The notes under the pieces were generated by a model, which had not been told where the DNA came from, did not search any database, and saw only the letters and a list, made by a program, of their open reading frames with translations. Below are positions 61,001 through 64,000 of a stretch of DNA of 64,000 bases, one piece after another. A program made the translations under genes and the position numbers. Source of the stretch: Lepidodermella squamata (lineage: Eukaryota; Animalia; Gastrotricha); contig JBLDXI010000012.1 in assembly GCA_047495785.1 (NCBI GenBank), positions 1,240,001-1,304,000 on the forward strand, in the 5' to 3' direction. Numbering within the stretch: position 1 is the first letter of the stretch; each line of letters starts with the position of its first letter.

Positions 61001-62459
61001 ATTAGATATCAACACTACCTCTATTGAAATTTTTTAAATTGACCCAATTCCAACAAACTAAATTAGCAAAACGAAAAATCAGTCAGATAGAATATCTAGA
61101 AAATCGTAAAATTTACAGAAATTATTATCCACTCTTAACCTACACTTCATTACTACACATTTAAGTGAATTTTGAGGCAAAAACTTTCAACTTTTTTCAA
61201 GGTATAGTTATAGCTCTTTTCAACTTTTATTAAGGTTTCATTTTCACAGTCTTAGTTCCACACGCTCAAAAAACCCGCCTTTTGGGGTATACACTGGACG
61301 CGCGTCCCCGTTTTAATAATTAATTTGCCCGAAAATGCCTTATCAAAAGTTTCGGGAATTCTTGATTTATTTAAAAAAATCCAAATAAATTATAAATTAC
61401 TATAAATTTCTCCGGAATTGTCATTATCAGTATTACAAGTTTTGAGAACACGATGCAACCGTGATTCAACAAAATCATTCGAAACTGAAGATTCGAACAG
61501 TTTGCAGTTTGCTGTTTGCAATTAGCAATTTTCAAATTTTCTGCCGGTTATTTAAAGTCACATTTCTGGATGTCGGATGAAATATTAAGACAATGAATGT
61601 CTGATAAAAGAAGACATGTCTGATGTCTGATGAAAAACTTTTTTCTCTAACCAACGTTCTCAAATAATTGCCCAATGATAGTGGACAAGTATTTCAATTC
61701 CCATATGATTTTAATTATTTCGAAATTTTGCTTCATTCAAACGTGCATTTTATTGTCAATAGGCCTTTCGATTTGGTGACTCGATGGATTGCTTCAATAA
61801 CGGACGAAGTTGTCGGTAACGGAACTTCGAAGAGTAACTGGCGCCTGCACTGGGACACAAAAACTGGCGTGGCCCTTACCGTTCATTTTTTAGTTTACAT
61901 CAACTCAACAGTAAATCCGGTAAGAAATATCAAAATCCGCCTTAATTTTATTATTTTTCAAATTTTGATTTAATTTTAGGTGATTTATTATTTCATGAGC
62001 GACAAATTCCGGCAGGCCTTTCGAAAGTTGTTATTTTGCGGTATTTTGAAGCGTTGGTGCGAGCGGCGCAAGCGGGTGCTCATAAAACGAGGCAGCCAGG
62101 GTGGCTACGACATCCACAACGGCGCCTATCGAGAGATCGGCGACAACCAGGCGACGCTGTTCGGCCAGCAACAGACCGCTAATAATACCAGTGCTAATGT
62201 TACGAACATGCCGCGAAATTTCTCGTCGCCCAATGTCATTCCTATCATCGTCGTGGGCAACAGTAATTCGAGCACGACGCCGTCCTACCCGCCGCCTGGG
62301 CCGCCTAACATCGTGGCTACTACTGTACCTCGTTTGCAGGTTTTCAGCAACGGCTCGGCTAGTTACAGTAGTAATAACAACAACAACGGCCATGTTGCAA
62401 GCAATGGCCGGCGAAGCAGTTTGAAAGGAATGCCGGACGTTGACGAACAGAAGCGGTAG
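58057..62459 (+). CDS. Class A neuropeptide GPCR, orexin/allatotropin receptor family, ~672 aa; exons 58057-58572, 60097-60962, 61763-61919, 61980-62459
   Basis: GNILVC, LAISD..LICLPVTVIDDVYHTWYWG..CK, ERYATIC, SYLPV, HFLVYINSTVNPVIYYFMSDKFR. The exons sum to 2019 nt in frame. Confidence 0.82.
59308..59861. mobile_element. MITE-like element in GPCR intron 1 (imperfect ~44-bp inverted repeats, internal 8-bp hairpin)
   Basis: AATTTGACCGTTAAAAAGTAAAAAATGGGGTTTGGCGTATTTT matches the reverse complement of 59817-59861. Hairpin CTCCCGTC/GACGGGAG at 59475-59500. No TSD was established. Confidence 0.5.
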
Positions 62460-62861
62460 TGAAATCCTTCTACTCATTATAACCTCCAATCGGGTGAAGA
62501 TGATTTCGGTAGAACAAATCATCGCCTCATAGAGATACTAAAATATACACCTTGATATAAAGCATTAAACTGGTACGCGTTATTTTTACTTTTTTATACG
62601 AAAGTTTCGAAGGAATAAATGGGAAAATATTTGTGAAAACTGAATTTTTTCTTGTTCTTCGGAAGCGAACTTGCGATCATTTTTCAAGTTCCATTCATAT
62701 GATGTTGGCATTAATTGGTTTGAAGCTTTTTAATGAAGATTGCTTCGTTTCAAAAATGATTGAATTCGAGTATTTATGCCGGTTCAAGCATAGCAGATTC
62801 ATCATTCACTCGATTCTGCATTTTATTCGAAGATAAATTTTCACCAACTCTAATTTCAAAG

Positions 62862-63453
62862 ATGCGCGCTGTTTTTGCCTTAGCTGCTGTCGTCCTAATG
62901 GCTTTTGGTAACTGAAATTTTCGAACTCCCAGAGAGTGATTAGTTTGTTGATGATATCTATACTATAGCTCTCTCCGAGGTTGAGGCTGGCCGTGGTAAC
63001 AAAGGCAAAAGCGTTTCGAAGAGCGTCTCGATCAGCGTGTCGTACAACCGGCAGCCGAAGAAGCACGCGATGAAGAAGCGCCCGGCCAAGAAGGCCTTCG
63101 TCGCTGGGCGCAAGCACCGCCGTGCCTCGTTCTCCAAGTCCGTGTCCGCGTCGGTGTCGGCCCGCACGAACAAGCACACCCGCAAGGTCTCCACCAAGAA
63201 GTTCATGCGCGTGCACAAGCGCGGATCCATGTCCGGCTCGTTCTCGCGGTCGGGCTCCTTCGGCGGCTACAACAAGAAGGGCGGCAACAAGCGCCACGGT
63301 GGCAAGAAGTTCGGTGGCAAGAAGTTTGGCGGAAAGAAGCACGGTGGCAAGCACGGCAAGGGCCGCAAGGGCAGCAAGAGCGGCAGCTACTCGGCCTCCA
63401 ACAACTTCTCCTACTCGGTTGCCGTCGAGACCGGTGCTGCTCCCAGCAAATAA
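62862..63453 (+). CDS. Secreted, highly basic Lys/Gly/Ser-rich protein, 176 aa; exons 62862-62907, 62969-63453
   Basis: Signal peptide MRAVFALAAVVLMAFALSEVEA is split by a 61-nt phase-1 intron. The mature part has SxSx strands and GGKK(F/H) repeats, and its codons are strongly C/G-ending. Confidence 0.8.
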
Positions 63454-64000
63454 ATGAGAATTTATATTGAAAACTGTATGGCTCAGGCTGAATAATTATG
63501 ATTGATTTTGAATAAATTATAGAAGTATGAAAAATCTTAGCTTCTCTTGCGATACCGCGTCAGGGAGGGTCGGAAAACGTGTGTTCTTCACAATAGCTGC
63601 TGATAAGTTGAACGTGCATCCCATTTCAAGGCCATTTTGGGGATCCATAATTGCACAATAGAGATGAAGATCACGAGCCCATGAGGACAACATGTTTGAG
63701 ACAAACATTTCCATTTCTAAAATGAAAAATTTTGTCGCTCGAAATTTTTTATCTCGTTAGATAGTGGCTCGGCTGGTATTATTATCGCCATATTACTACA
63801 GAAACCCACTTTTATTGAATACTTATTCAAATGGTTATCAGAGGGTTATGAGATCGACACAATCATGGATATGAACTAAAATCGCTTACAATTTCAACCT
63901 CCTGGCTGAATCTACTGCCAAAGCCACGCCAAGTTTTTCTTTGTGTCACAATAGCTTCAATCGCGTGCAGCGCGAAAGCACGAGCCGGTGGACTATACTT

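Noticed and set aside
63037-63453. Histone H1 or protamine-like call
   Set aside because: No globular H1 domain, and an in-frame signal-peptide exon lies upstream.
245-63457. Numerous 60-180 aa ORFs antisense to or overlapping real exons, and short ORFs at 48-58 kb
   Set aside because: These are shadow frames of GC3-rich coding sequence or low-complexity AT-rich translations without motifs.
1-64000. Prokaryotic systems (CRISPR arrays, defence islands), rRNA, tRNA
   Set aside because: The sequence is intron-containing metazoan DNA. No regularly spaced repeats or rRNA/tRNA structures were seen.

Overview
Gene-dense eukaryotic (metazoan) genomic DNA with mostly 49-67 nt GT-AG introns and no obvious CpG depletion, probably from a small-genome invertebrate. 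A spiralian is plausible but is an inference. Nt 1-22.8 kb hold two divergent, operon-like clusters around a ~0.9 kb shared upstream region. The minus cluster is CCDC158-like then SNRPA1 (U2A'). The plus cluster is PQLC1/SLC66A2, four tandem GLUT/SLC2A paralogs, PSMB6 and GLDC. Intergenic gaps are mostly 100-240 nt, and each ATG has an apparently unpaired splice acceptor just upstream, which suggests SL trans-splicing. GLDC intron 3 (4 kb) contains a decayed Helentron-like element carrying a minimal hammerhead ribozyme, plus a nested CMC/EnSpm-like element with a spliced double C2H2 zinc-finger fragment. Downstream lie ARMC9, a secreted protein with eight PAN/Apple-like domains, a 5'-truncated L2/CR1-type LINE, a winged-helix/nucleoside-phosphorylase-fold gene and several small secreted or membrane orphans, including two prohormone-like precursors. 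An orexin/allatotropin-type GPCR and a highly basic K/G/S-rich secreted protein close the window. The most striking non-coding find is a 303-bp insert at 51.5-51.85 kb, flanked by a 14-bp target-site duplication. Its 5' end is a near-textbook HDV-like ribozyme and its 3' end a C(UUCG)G stem-loop, which makes it a candidate ribozyme-headed non-autonomous retroelement. All gene models were spliced by hand and checked for reading frame. Family assignments come from recalled motifs, not database searches.
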